DNA of 64,000 nt from Cystobasidiomycetes sp. EMM_F5 (taxonomy: Eukaryota). The stretch's first letter is position 1; each line of letters opens with the position of its first letter. The position numbers and the translations under genes were made by a program. The DNA lies in contig JBPGPT010000036.1 of NCBI GenBank assembly GCA_051047955.1, positions 62,001 to 126,000 on the forward strand. The letters run 5' to 3'. The notes beneath the pieces are model-generated. The model did not search any database. It was given only the letters and a program-made list of their open reading frames with translations, and was not told the origin of the DNA. Of the stretch, positions 35,724-46,885 are shown one piece after another.

Positions 35724-37984
35724 ATGTCCAAGTTCTCCTCCCCCTTCGTAGATGTGCATCCCACCCTCCGAGAGCCAGCTTTCCTGGGTTTCGACGCTCC
35801 TGCCAGATTCGAAGCAGAGGTGTGGGACTGCTTTGTGGGTGACAGTCAACAAGTCTCGAATTGCTTTACACTGAAAGACACTGATGCTTATGCCAGATCG
35901 AGGGACATGTCCCAAAACAAATCGACGGTACATTCTATAGAGTCGCTCCCGACATGCAGGTCATTGCAAAGTACCCCGGCGAGTGAGTCAGGCGATACGC
36001 TCGAATGTATTACGGGGGCTGACGCTACCTCAGAGTAAACTTCAACGGTGGGTTCGGTTCTGAGGGCCTACCCCGCCGAAGGCTAACATTTCTCTCAAGG
36101 GGATGGCATGATCTCGGCTTTCAGGTTTCGCGATGGTCATGTAGATTTCAAAAGTAAGTTTGATGCCCCATGCACTTGTTATGCTATCGCATGCGACTGA
36201 AACTCCTTATCGTCGTTAGACAAATTTGTCCGGACGGAGAAGCTGGTCAGGGAACGAGCAGCACGAAGAGCTTTGATTGGCAAGTACCGCAATGGCTACA
36301 CGGACGACCCTCTCATAGCGGGAGCTGTGCGCACCACCTCAAATACCAACATTGTGCATATGTTTGGCAAATTGGTCAGTTGATAAGAGCAATTTCTGGG
36401 GGGAGTTCAGTTGTTGACAATCGCTTAATAATCAGCTCGCGCTCAAGGAGGACGCGCTCCCGTATGAATTAGACCCACACAGTCTCCGGACCATTGGAAT
36501 CACCAACATCAATGGCGAATACACGGCACCTACCTTCACAGCGGTACGTCTGTACCTTCGTTACTAGAGATTAGAAGAAGCCACTTGTTCATGTGTATCA
36601 CGGATCTGTTCACAGCACCCCAAGCAAGATCCAAAGAACGGCGAGTGGGTCATCTATGGTTACGAAATCGAGGGCGACGGCTCGCGAGGTGTTCGCTACT
36701 CGCTCTTCTCGGAGGATGGCAAGAAGCTAGAGGAGTGTGATTTTGAAGCGCCGTATTGTGGTGTCATGCACGATATCGGCATCACAGACAACTACATCAT
36801 TTTCCAGATATATCCTCTCGAATGTGATGTGGAAAGGGTAAAGAGGGGTGGTAATCATTGGGTTTATAACGAGAAGTTGCCGATGTACCTATGTCGTAAG
36901 TTATGCCATATCTTGGGCATGAAGAGAGGCGGCTGAAGACTGCGCCTGACAGTTTTGCCCCGTCGAGGAGCAAAGTCGAGCGACGCCAAGTGGTTCCACT
37001 GGGACCCTGACCACTTTGAGGGGCACTTCAGCAACGCCTTCGAGAAGGATGGCAAGGTGTATGCCGATTTTCCCGTGATTAAAGGCAATGTGATGAGCTG
37101 GTTTCCCGACAAGAATGGCTATGCCCCCCCCAGGCCAGCGCTCAAGACATTCTTTGCCAGATTTGAGCTAGATCCAAATGCGACAGACCTAAGGATGCCG
37201 AGCCCGACCAAGTTGTGTGATATTTCGGGAGAGTTCTCGAGGATAGACGACCGCTTCGTAGGCCAAGATTACACGTGGACCTACATTGCGGCCATCAACA
37301 TGCAGTTCCCGTACGATCGCGAAAAGAGCGGAGGTCGTCCATTCCCTGGCTTTAATTGCATTGGTCGGATGAATAACAAAACCGGCCATGTAGATTATTG
37401 GTCGCCTGGTCCGTGCGCTTCTGTGGGAGAACCTTCCTTTATTCCGCGATCAGCAGATGCGCCTGAAGGGGATGGATTCGTCATATGCCGTGCGTGACAG
37501 TCTGTGATTCCGCCGCCAAAGGCATATCGACTGAAGCCAACTCCACAGTAATCAACCGTCACGACACTCAATTGTCTGATCTGGTTGTATTGGATGCAGT
37601 GACTTGGGAGCAAGTCGGGATGGTAAAGCTGCCGTTGCGAGTAAGGCCAGGTTTGCACGGCAACTTCGTTCTGAGAAACAGTATGCTGGATCCCGATGCG
37701 CCATTGGCAGATTACGAGTGGGTGCCGGCCAAGGTAAGTCATCTATGCACTATAAGCTTGCACCGGAGACTGACGCAGTATGCGACTGAAACAAGTTTGA
37801 TGGCCATGTTGACAATGCCATTACTGGTGCCAAGATCCCTTACCGTGGAGGCAGGACACCAATGTCGGGCTTCTGCAACGACGGAGGCATCAACGGGCAT
37901 GCAGCACCTCCTAGGGAAGGCGCGAATGGACACGTCAACGGGAGTGAAAAGGCGGTGAATGAGGCTTTGAAGCATGATATCTGA
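35724..37984 (+). CDS. Lignostilbene alpha,beta-dioxygenase / stilbene-cleaving carotenoid oxygenase family (LsdA/CAO-1-like)
   Basis: GFDAPARFEAE, DGTFYRVAPD, FNGDG, GKYRNGYTDDP and LALKED. All four Fe-binding His are present (TFTAHPK, MHD, EGHFSNAFE, GLHGNF), plus EFSRIDDR and GEPSFIPRS..EGDG. The last acceptor is ambiguous (alternative stop at 37958). Confidence 0.9.
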
Positions 37985-38659
37985 GGTATACGGATAGCTT
38001 CTTGAAGATGGTTGTACGGCAGCTTAGCTCTTCACCAATTCGCGCAATGACTAGCAATCAGCTCAATCCGACTGGAAAGAGGTGATTAGCGACAATGACC
38101 CGCTTATATGAGCTGTATTAGCGGTTCACAGCATCCTAACTCTTTCGTTGAATGAACCCTCAGGCTCCGGACGGTCATTCTCGCATTCCCGCTTCTCGTT
38201 GCGACATCGTATGTCCTGTATCAGCGAATGTACGAAAGCAAGGAGCAGCGCAAGGTTCGAGGGCCAGGCGACAACCCGTTCCGCGAGACTATGGGTAACC
38301 GTGGTTGAGGTTCGAAAGAAAGCCGAGTCTGGCTCATATGGACGCCTCAAATATCGCAAGTCTAGAGAGCAGGCCTGCAATGAAGCCATGACCATCATGC
38401 AATTCCCACTACGATGACAAGGACGTTAAGGTCGATATCAAGGGCTCGCAATGGAGGTTTCAGGAGTCGGGGACTCCGAGGCGTTGTCAGAGATCCGCCG
38501 TGGCCTTCCGATACTACGACTACAACAACTCCACGTCTTAGACGGGCATGCTTTGCAACCAATAGCATTGATGGCTTTGCCGACACAACCTGCCAGAAGG
38601 CATATTTCCTAAATATTCACGATGTTGGGTAATTTGCCCCCCTGTCATATACATACCAT

Positions 38660-39733
38660 CTAATGACCGTTTGTCTGCTTCTTTTGAAGCGCGCTGATGA
38701 CTTCCAGCACCGAAACTGCCCGCATGTCCTGAGTCGACGGTCTTTGCTCGCCAGTGACGGGGTGAGCATAGTGGAATGGCACAGTGTGCGCGTCAGCTGA
38801 TAGAACACGCGTGTCAGCCAATTGCGATTCGTGCACAACGCCGCTGCATAGAGAGCCTCACGCCACAGAAATTTCTCCTCCTCGGATTGTAGCTCATCGG
38901 GGCCGGCTGGATCCTGTGGGTACAGAGTTGCAGGGAAGGGCACGTAGTTGCGAGGAACATTCGACCATCCCTCGGAGTAATCGCCGTGCCAGATAGGGTG
39001 GTAGTCTAGAACCTTGATCTTCCAAGGCTCGTTGACCGAATTTCTCGCAAACTCATTCTCGTAGATTCTTTAACGGCCAAAGTCAGATTAACTACACGAA
39101 CAAGCATCATGCTCCTGCTCACCCTCCTTCCCACCACTGCCCTGTCGTAGTCGCGTCTATTTAGCCTGCTGCAACTGTCAGTAAGCAAACACACTCACTA
39201 GGCACTGTTGGCGCATTGGCTGGATCGAAAGGATGGTCGCGGTGTCGTCCGGCTTGCATCAAACTGCGGGCCCTCATTTTCGCCGACAGACGATCCGGCG
39301 CGACGTGAATGATGTCCTGAAGTTGCGGATGATCCAGGAGGAAGCTGTACAAGGGGCATCAGCATTGCTCACAGAGCGAGGTAGCGCCTCAGACTGACCC
39401 GTGAACAGGCCCATTGCGGCCAGCAGTGAACCGTGACTGGAATCTGTCTACATAGAGTCGCTTGACGCCTGCCTTGGTCTTCCACTTGGCGCCATGGAAA
39501 ATGACCATACCGTCGTCCGTGAAGAGATCTACCACCTCGTTGTAGTGGCACTTGTCGATGTAGAAGCCATAAGCGTGTTGCAGGTTGCGAATCTCTGCCG
39601 TATCTGTGTGATTGAGTCGCTCAGCCTGGATTTGTCAATCAAAGTAGAAAGTACACGAACCCTCCAGGACGCCAATGCGATGTGCTTGGTCTTGGATGAG
39701 CTTCTTGAGCTCGGCAATCTCTGATGAAGACAT
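38660..39733 (-). CDS. SnoaL/NTF2-fold protein, LdpA (diarylpropane gamma-formaldehyde lyase)-like; 6 exons, ~260 aa
   Basis: Manual splice gives MSSSEIAELKKLIQDQAHRIGVLE|DTAEIRNLQHAYGFYIDKCHYNEVVDLFTDDG..AGVKRLY..GRNGPVHG|FLLDHPQLQDIIHVAPDRLSAKMRARSLMQAGRH..R|QWWEGG|IYENEF..WKIKVLDY..WHGDYSEGW..YPQDPAGPD..LW|PDAHTVPFHYAHPVTG. All five introns are GT-AG. Confidence 0.8.
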
Positions 39734-39867
39734 GCCTCTTTCTCACGGCAAACTTGTGTTGAGTTGTGTGAGGTCGTATGGAAGCTTGTGAGCGAAAGAA
39801 ATTATCGCGAGGTGAACAAACGAAAGCAGGATACATGGCGTATTTTCGTAGCGGTACAGGTGCATGT

Positions 39868-40048
39868 CGGTCTTGGATATCCGCCCGGCTTCGGCAGGCT
39901 GGGGGAATGCCCGCTTTTGTGCGAATCCGTATTGTAAGCTCATATCCGAGAGCGGGTCCGCAGGTGCATACTTTTAGCGCGTGCAGTGACAGCACTCCAC
40001 TCCTCCGCTCCTCCACATCCGAGTCTTCAAGCGGACGTTCAAAGTCCG
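39868..40048. promoter_or_regulatory. CGG-N10-CCG (39868-83) and CGG-N11-CCG (40032-48) putative Zn2Cys6 sites in the LdpA-like/ADH divergent promoter
   Basis: CGGTCTTGGATATCCG and CGGACGTTCAAAGTCCG. Confidence 0.5.
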
Positions 40049-40278
40049 ACTGGGGCGCAATCCTGGGGCCGCAATGTCCAGTCACGTGCGTACTTTGCTC
40101 GGAACCGCCAGCATGAGTAGACCTAGACATGCTTCAAGATGAGTGCACGTCTGGTGGAGACCACTAGCCCATCTAGACGCTCTCGTGATGAACGGTTCTG
40201 CATCAGGTGAGCATGAACTGGGTGCGAAGCTTGCGCACACTGGAAGGCTAATGGAGCGGAGTCGGGACAGATGTCAGC

Positions 40279-41490
40279 ATGAAGACCACTGTAATGGCAC
40301 TGGAAGAAGCCAAAGGGCACTTCGCTGAGCACCAAGTCTACCTAAACCCACTTGAGGACGAAGAGGTCATCGTAGATATTGTCGCTTCGGGCATCTGCCA
40401 TTCAGACTTCCACATTCTAGACGGCCAGACGCCTGCGCAATTTCCTGTGACGTTGGGGCACGAAGGCGCTGGCGTTGTCCGCAAGGTGGGATCGCGTGTC
40501 AAGCTAGTCAAGGTGCGAAGTACAGTCTGAACATGCAAAGTGGAGTGACTCATCAGAATTTCTCAGCCTGGTGACAAGGTAGTGTTGTGCTACACTCACT
40601 GCCAGACATGCCGCCACTGTCTTGAGGGCGAACACAGCTTGTGTGATGATTGGTTCAAGTGGAATCTGCTTGGAAACCGAACCAACGGCAAGAAGACATG
40701 GTCGGAGCATGAGGGAGCAGGAAAACAGTATGGTAACTTCATCAGTCAAGGGAGCTTCTCTCGTGCGTTGATCATACATGAGACTGGAGCGGTCAAAGTC
40801 AGCGATGATGCCGATCTCGAAACCCTCGCGGGTGGTGAGCAGATTGACCACGACTCTAAAATGCCAGCACTGATTTGCGCCTCATCAGGCATTGGCTGTG
40901 GTCTCTTGACAGGAGCTGGAACTGTCTTTAATGGCTTCCGAGGACACCGGGTGGGATCCTCAATCGCCGTATTTGGGGTCGGAGCAGTCGGAGCAGGTGC
41001 AATCATGGCTGCCAGGAACGGCGCATACAGCAAGATCATCGCTGTGGATTTGCACGAGAACCGACTCGAAGTTGCGAAGAAGTTGGGCGCAACGCACATT
41101 ATCAGTGGTCGTTCCAGCGACGTCGCCGACCAGATCCAGAATCTCGGAGGCGTCGACTACGCCGTCGAGGCTACGGGTGTTCCAGCTGTCTTGCAGACTG
41201 CCTATGACAGTCTACGAAGTGGTGGCAAAGCAGCTGTTGTAGGCATCGCACCTTTCGACAAGACCCTGGCGTTGCCGATATCAAGACACATGAGCACTGG
41301 CAAATCCATTCAGGGTTACGCCTTAGGAGCATCGTTTCCTCGAACCTTCATACCCTTCCTCAGTGATCTATACAAGCAAGGGCGATTTCCGTTCGACATG
41401 CTCACCAAAAAGTATCCGATGGCCGACATTGACAAGGCTATCACGGCCATGAAGGACGGCAGCGTGATCAAACCGATTCTGGTGTGGTAA
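40279..41490 (+). CDS. Zn-dependent medium-chain alcohol dehydrogenase, benzyl/aryl-alcohol dehydrogenase type
   Basis: GICHSD, LGHEGAGVV, structural Zn site CQTCRHCLEGEHSLC, GCGLLTGAGTV, FGVGAVG and LYKQGRFPFD. Confidence 0.9.
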
Positions 41491-41707
41491 TAAGAGCTTC
41501 GATCGATGAGCTTTAGTGTCAGTCTATGCGCAATCAGGCTCGTCATCGTCAGGGCAGCAGCAGACACTGCAATCTACTATGCACGGGAACTTGCCCGAGA
41601 TTGTCCTTTTATTGCAACAGAATAGATCGAATACAATGGTGATGGTACTGCGATGTACGAGCATACGTGACTGAAAGTTGAATGAGTGAGTCTGCCAGCA
41701 GTTGAGA

Positions 41708-43224
41708 CTAATGTGAGAGGACAATGAATGTAACGGCAAGGATCGATGCCAACGATGTGACTGGAAGTAGCGGAACTGCGCCATTAACGACGGGCGAAGA
41801 AGTGTCGCTTTGCTTTGCGGCGACGCCGCTGCCGCCCGTAGCGTTGGCCGCCGCTACCCCTGCGATCCCGGCAGTTGACATGCTGAAAGTAGCGTTCGAA
41901 CCGGGGACAGAGGATGAAGACGTCGAAGCTAGAGGAAGGGCCGATGTAGAAGAGACGACTGCGCCTGTCGGCTTGACGTAGCCAGCTCCGAATGTATTCG
42001 CAGCAGTTAGCGTCGTAGTTGGTACTGTGGGAACCGAAGCAGTAGATTTACCGCGGTTGGCGTTGCTGGAGGACGGAACCTTCAGCAAGGAAATGCGATA
42101 TCAGCAGCTCCGTACTAACCCTGCAGCTTGGGCGCTAGCAATGAAGGCTTGCGCCACTGCTGCGTCTGGTCTCTCTGCGCCTCCACATTGTCCAACATTC
42201 GAGAAATAGAAGTAATGATCTAGTTCGTTGTAAGGAGCGGTAGGCATGCACTGGGCAGATTCTGGTTGCTCATAGCAGACATTCCAGTTCATTCTGAAAA
42301 AAGACAGTCATATAATAAGCATGTGGGATATGCGAAGGAATGAGCGCGTACTTGAAGGTGAAATTGTAGCCGTACCATTGAGTGGCAGTGTTGGTAAAGG
42401 CGTAGTCTGCACTTGCAGGAATGAGTGTGGGGAATATGTCGGAGTTGGCTACGGCTCTCTCTGTCATGTCTCCGCCGTAGCTGAGAAGCACCAATGAAAT
42501 GAGAATCATGATCCGTATGCGAGGATGTGGGCTCTCCTCGTCACACTCACTGATAATTGTACCAGCCTGCTCCAGCCGGGTTGAAAGTTCGTGGCGCGCC
42601 ATAGGAATGGGTGAAGAATGTCCAATTCCGTGCGGCATACTCCGCACTGGCTATAAGGGTGTGCATTCCACCGAGACCGTGACCGGTCAGACTCAGAAAT
42701 AACGTCGAATTTGTCATCTGCTGCCATGGATCTCGTGTACTCTGCCAAAAGGATATTGTTTTGTCGAAGTTATTTGTCGCTGCCTTTGCCTCGAGCCACC
42801 CCTGCATTGCAAAGGTGTTTACTGTACACCCTGCGCAGTCAATGCCGAGTGCTGCGCCCAGCGAAGTCATTGCTAGTCTGCTGCCCATAGATTTCTCGAG
42901 GAGATAATTGCCCTTCTGGACGAGAACTACCTTGCCCATCTCTGGCACAAATGCAGAGTAGCCCTCTGCTCCGCTGGCTGTAGGACCCCATCTCTCGAGC
43001 ACAGTCCAGGCTGGGTACGTGGAAGTCGGGAAGTTCTTGAGCATTGCCGCCTGGGTAAAGGTTTGCTGAGGACACAGCGTATCGTAGTCACCGTAGGCTG
43101 CGAGCGACAACATGGCATGATAACGGTCATGCCATATCACGTCGTCCATCTGCGCATTGACATTTTGCTGAATTGCCGCCAATGCCAGCGCAAAGGCCAG
43201 CACCAATCTTGCGGTCATGGTCAT
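41708..43224 (-). CDS. Secreted, probably GPI-anchored class-3 lipase-fold protein with the nucleophile Ser replaced (GHGLGG)
   Basis: Signal peptide, AMLSLAAY, EGYSAFVPEMGKVVLVQKG, LTGHGLGG, SYGAPR and DHYFYF, then a Ser/Thr-rich stalk and hydrophobic C-terminus. Confidence 0.75.
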
Positions 43225-43470
43225 TATAAAGAGTGTGGTTTATCGTTGTTATCGTCGTTGTCGCCTTGCACTGCCATTCACTGATTCATCCACTTGGTGC
43301 AAAACCAACCCTCGTCGTCGTCGTTTGGATTGTCGTAAAATTCGGCAAAGTCCTCGTTTACCGGCAAAGAGGGTCAAAACATAGACGCGACCGTGGCAAA
43401 GTAAAAGCGGAGACAAGTGAATGGGCTAGCGTATACAGAGTACGGCTACGAGTGTACAGACTCGTGCTCG

Positions 43471-44777
43471 TCAGAATGTAGGCACACCCAGAGCAATCAC
43501 AGCTTGTCCGGCAGCTCTGTGAACAGTGTGAGCCAATACTGTACGCTTCTAACACGCGAGACGTAGCCTCACCTGTTGCGAGCCAGCTTCTTAGTCGGAG
43601 CTTCGGCAGTCCCTCGGACAACGCCGTTGACGATACATTTTGCTGTAAAGGATGGCTGGTGGGAAGGACCAGTCGCGGTATCCTCGCTGTTATCGATATT
43701 TTCAGCGAACCACACTGCCCTGCTATTCCTGATACAAGCACACTCACAATACGTAATCTTGTATGCCATGCCTTCCCTGCTGCTTGGCCGTGTTGAGGAC
43801 GCCGATGTAGTTGAAACCGTCCCCGATATTGATTGACAGTGAGGGGCCTGCTACTGTAGCAGATGGTGTAGCAGTCGCATTCGAAGCTGACACCTCAGCC
43901 CGAGCAGGAGCGGCCTTCGGGGCTGGGGCAGTCATTGGAGGCGGACGAGGCGGACCATACACGGCTGGTTCGCTGGGTGTGGTCGGCTGTACATTCGATA
44001 CAGTATGCACATTCGATACGGAGGAGGATGTCGCGCTAGAGCTTCCTTCTCCTCCTTCATCTATATCCTCGTCATCGATTGCCTTGTCCCACAAGTAGCG
44101 GTCCTTCCAGTACTTGTGCTCGCTCGACAAAATCTGATTGAATATAGTCTCGACAAACAGAGTGCAGTCTGAAGCAGACTGTAGGTTGATTGCCCATACG
44201 TAGGCCTTGAACAGGTCGGCTTGAACGATGTGGTTCGCCTTGAGGCGTGCCTTGTCTTGTTCGTTTGCGTTTACCTTGTCGTTCATGTCGTATAATCGAC
44301 ACAGCTCTGCCAGCGTTTCGACGCTCAGAACGTGGTTTTTGATGTCCTAACGACGTCGAGCGTAATAGTGGACGCAGATCTCAGCTTTTGAGTGTCTTTG
44401 CTCATTGCGGAGACGGCGTCAGCTCACGACAAAGGCTCCACTCGTAAGTCTTGGATACGCGTCGACCATGAGCCGGATGACGGTGGAGACGATGATAGTT
44501 TCTCCCTGGAGCTGTGGGATGCAAATACTGCCATCAGACTGCCTGCAAATCTGGAATTGATATCCAGACTCACCGCTGGAATGACATAGTCGCCGTCGCC
44601 GTCAGCTTCAAAGGTCCTTCCGCTGCCCTTTGGCAGGACGATGGCGGAGGGATGTGTTCGGATACGGCGTCTGATGCGGACGTCGTTGATGAGAGGCTGC
44701 TCCGGGGGCACAAACTGGGCATTCGAGTCCTGGAAGCATTGGGCGAGCCATGGATCATCGATAAAGCTGCCCGCCAT
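43471..44777 (-). CDS. RNase III-like domain plus dsRNA-binding domain protein with degenerate catalytic residues
   Basis: RTHPSA..DYVIPA|LQGETII..YPRLTSG..LAELCRLY..QADLFKAYV. The dsRBD reads NYIGVLN..PSHQPSFTAKCIVNGVVRGTAEAPTKKLARNRAA. Confidence 0.7.
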
Positions 44778-45305
44778 GGCTTCGGTCAATGGATGGAAAT
44801 GGATACCAGCACAGCAGAGACGATGAAGGGCAGATAATCACACGCAGCCTCGCAAGCTCATCGCGTCCGACTGACGGGACTGACAGAACTGACAAAGACT
44901 GTTAAAACCACGAACACTTGCTGAGAAGTCTGCAGATACAGCACGCGAGCACACAAGCACGTCACAATGGCATCTTCTAGACAGGGAAAGGTGAATGCGA
45001 TGCTAATCCTACCTGATGTCAACGCTGTTTGAGCCGAGAGACAGCTACCTCGGTCCGTTCACATGTGCCAGGCGTTTCGCACCAATGCCGCTCTACTGAG
45101 CATGCCCAGCGCAAGACTGCACTGCCAGCGGCTATGCGAAATCACGCGCAAGTCATGCATTGTACTCATCCACGAGGCAGTCCAAAAACATCTTCTTGTT
45201 TGATCCAGTTGCACTTCCTATGCGGCTGACTTTCATAGTCGCTAAGCATGGTATCAGTGATGTTACTGCTACTCCAGCATTTTCGCCTTGATAGTCTATA
45301 AACGC

Positions 45306-46275
45306 CTACCCACAGTTTGAAGTCTCTGGTTCCGTGTCCCCTCTGCTGAACGCTTTGTTCCGAATTCCAAAATGTTTCATGGCGTATAGAACAAGAGGTA
45401 GGGTTCGGGCGGTGGCAGGACCTGCGCTAGTACTGTTGACGTGAGCCTGCAGAGTCTCTTCTCCCCATTGGGCGTTACCGTGTTTGCGTGCTACACAGGC
45501 GGATTGCCATAGTGGATTTCCAGAATTTGTCCTCATAGAGAATGATCTGTCCGAGCAAATTACCCATAAGGGTCTGACATTGCTCAACAGACTGCGCAAG
45601 TCCCGTATGAAAGCTCCGAACCGCCAGGCTCGAAAAGCGTTCTTAGCCAGCGGCTCGCTCGTGTCCACCCTGGCAATTTGACTCGAAGAGAATGGGCTGC
45701 CGTACAGCAATACGATTCCGGAGAGTGTTTGGTCTCCAATTGCATGCGAGATGGTAGTCTTCAAAAGCTCCTTCAATTAGTAGTTGGTGCTGACGCGCAA
45801 CCCTTCCGCCCACGGCATTGGTTAGTATCGAAGCACCGCCTGATTGATAATATCTATCAGCACATTCCTTCACCGTAATCGTGCCATCGTCTACTGACCG
45901 CTGGCTCGTCCCCAGACACTTATTTACTAGTCTTAACGGTCCGGTTGGATCTTGTCGGCTTAGCAAGACTTGCCAATTTTGGCAGTATGCCAATTCGAAG
46001 CCACGTCCTGGAGGTTCGGTATCTGGGGTAAATTGAAGCCAGCTCCGTCCACGAAGATGTGGACCAGTAGTTTGTTGCCGACGGAGTGACTATTACTGCT
46101 TCAAACGTACCTCCCAATGAGGGACGTTCGACGAGGAGCGACCAGTAAGGGACGAGGGCTTGGAAAGAGCACTAGTCAAGAAGAGCACGCAACCAGGAGT
46201 GCCGTCTGACGACTGCGCTTCCGTCTCCGATTCTGTCGAGAATCCAACCGTGCTGAGCACACATGGCTCCCTCAT
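45306..46275 (-). CDS. Hypothetical protein; exon structure unresolved
   Basis: 156-codon ORF at 45306-45776 with upstream ORF fragments and splice-like signals. No family recognised. Confidence 0.3.
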
Positions 46276-46885
46276 CTGCGGGCGCGGTGCCGGAACGAAG
46301 GAGGGGGCCTGCACATCTGCAAACTAGAGCGGAAGCAGTCACTCAGTCGGTACGCAGATTGTGACGGGAATGCTGGACGGAAAATCTATCAGCAATACAG
46401 CGATTGGCTGTTTAGAACACCGTGCCGCGTTAGAATTTTCCTTTTTTCATCAACCATTGGTACGATGACCGTTAGGCGTTAGTCTGTTAGTGTGAAGTAG
46501 TAGGCTGGCTAGCTGGCTGTGCGATGCCGCAAACATTGTGTCGCCCGCTGACAATGTGCGGGGCAGTCAGTCATATCTTCTGCCCAACTTGAAGTGGGTA
46601 TAGCTGCCAGTGCCATACTGCTGGCCAGTGGACAGTAGTAGATTCTGCCTTTCAATCCTGCGCAGACAGACACAGTAGTGGAGGCTGTCGACACTGTGCA
46701 CGAGTCCAGCACGTTAGCGATGCTGTTGGGAGGACCGACCATTTTTCCGGGCTAACATTAATGAGGAGGGCGGACTTGGTTGTCCACCTGCATGACTTAG
46801 TTGCAAGCAACTAGCGAGCGAACCGTCGCTAAGCACAAGAGAGGCTAACGTTCTGGTCTTCCTCTTGACAGCTGATAATTTCACC

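Noticed and set aside
35724..37984. Retinal-forming carotenoid oxygenase or carotenoid cluster
   Set aside because: There is no phytoene synthase, desaturase or opsin nearby, and the residues and neighbours fit stilbene cleavage.
38000..38650. Short ORFs between the LSD and LdpA-like genes
   Set aside because: No recognisable motif and no consistent spliced model. A small gene or remnant cannot be excluded.
41708..43224. Active feruloyl esterase feeding the cluster
   Set aside because: The catalytic Ser is absent (GHGLGG).
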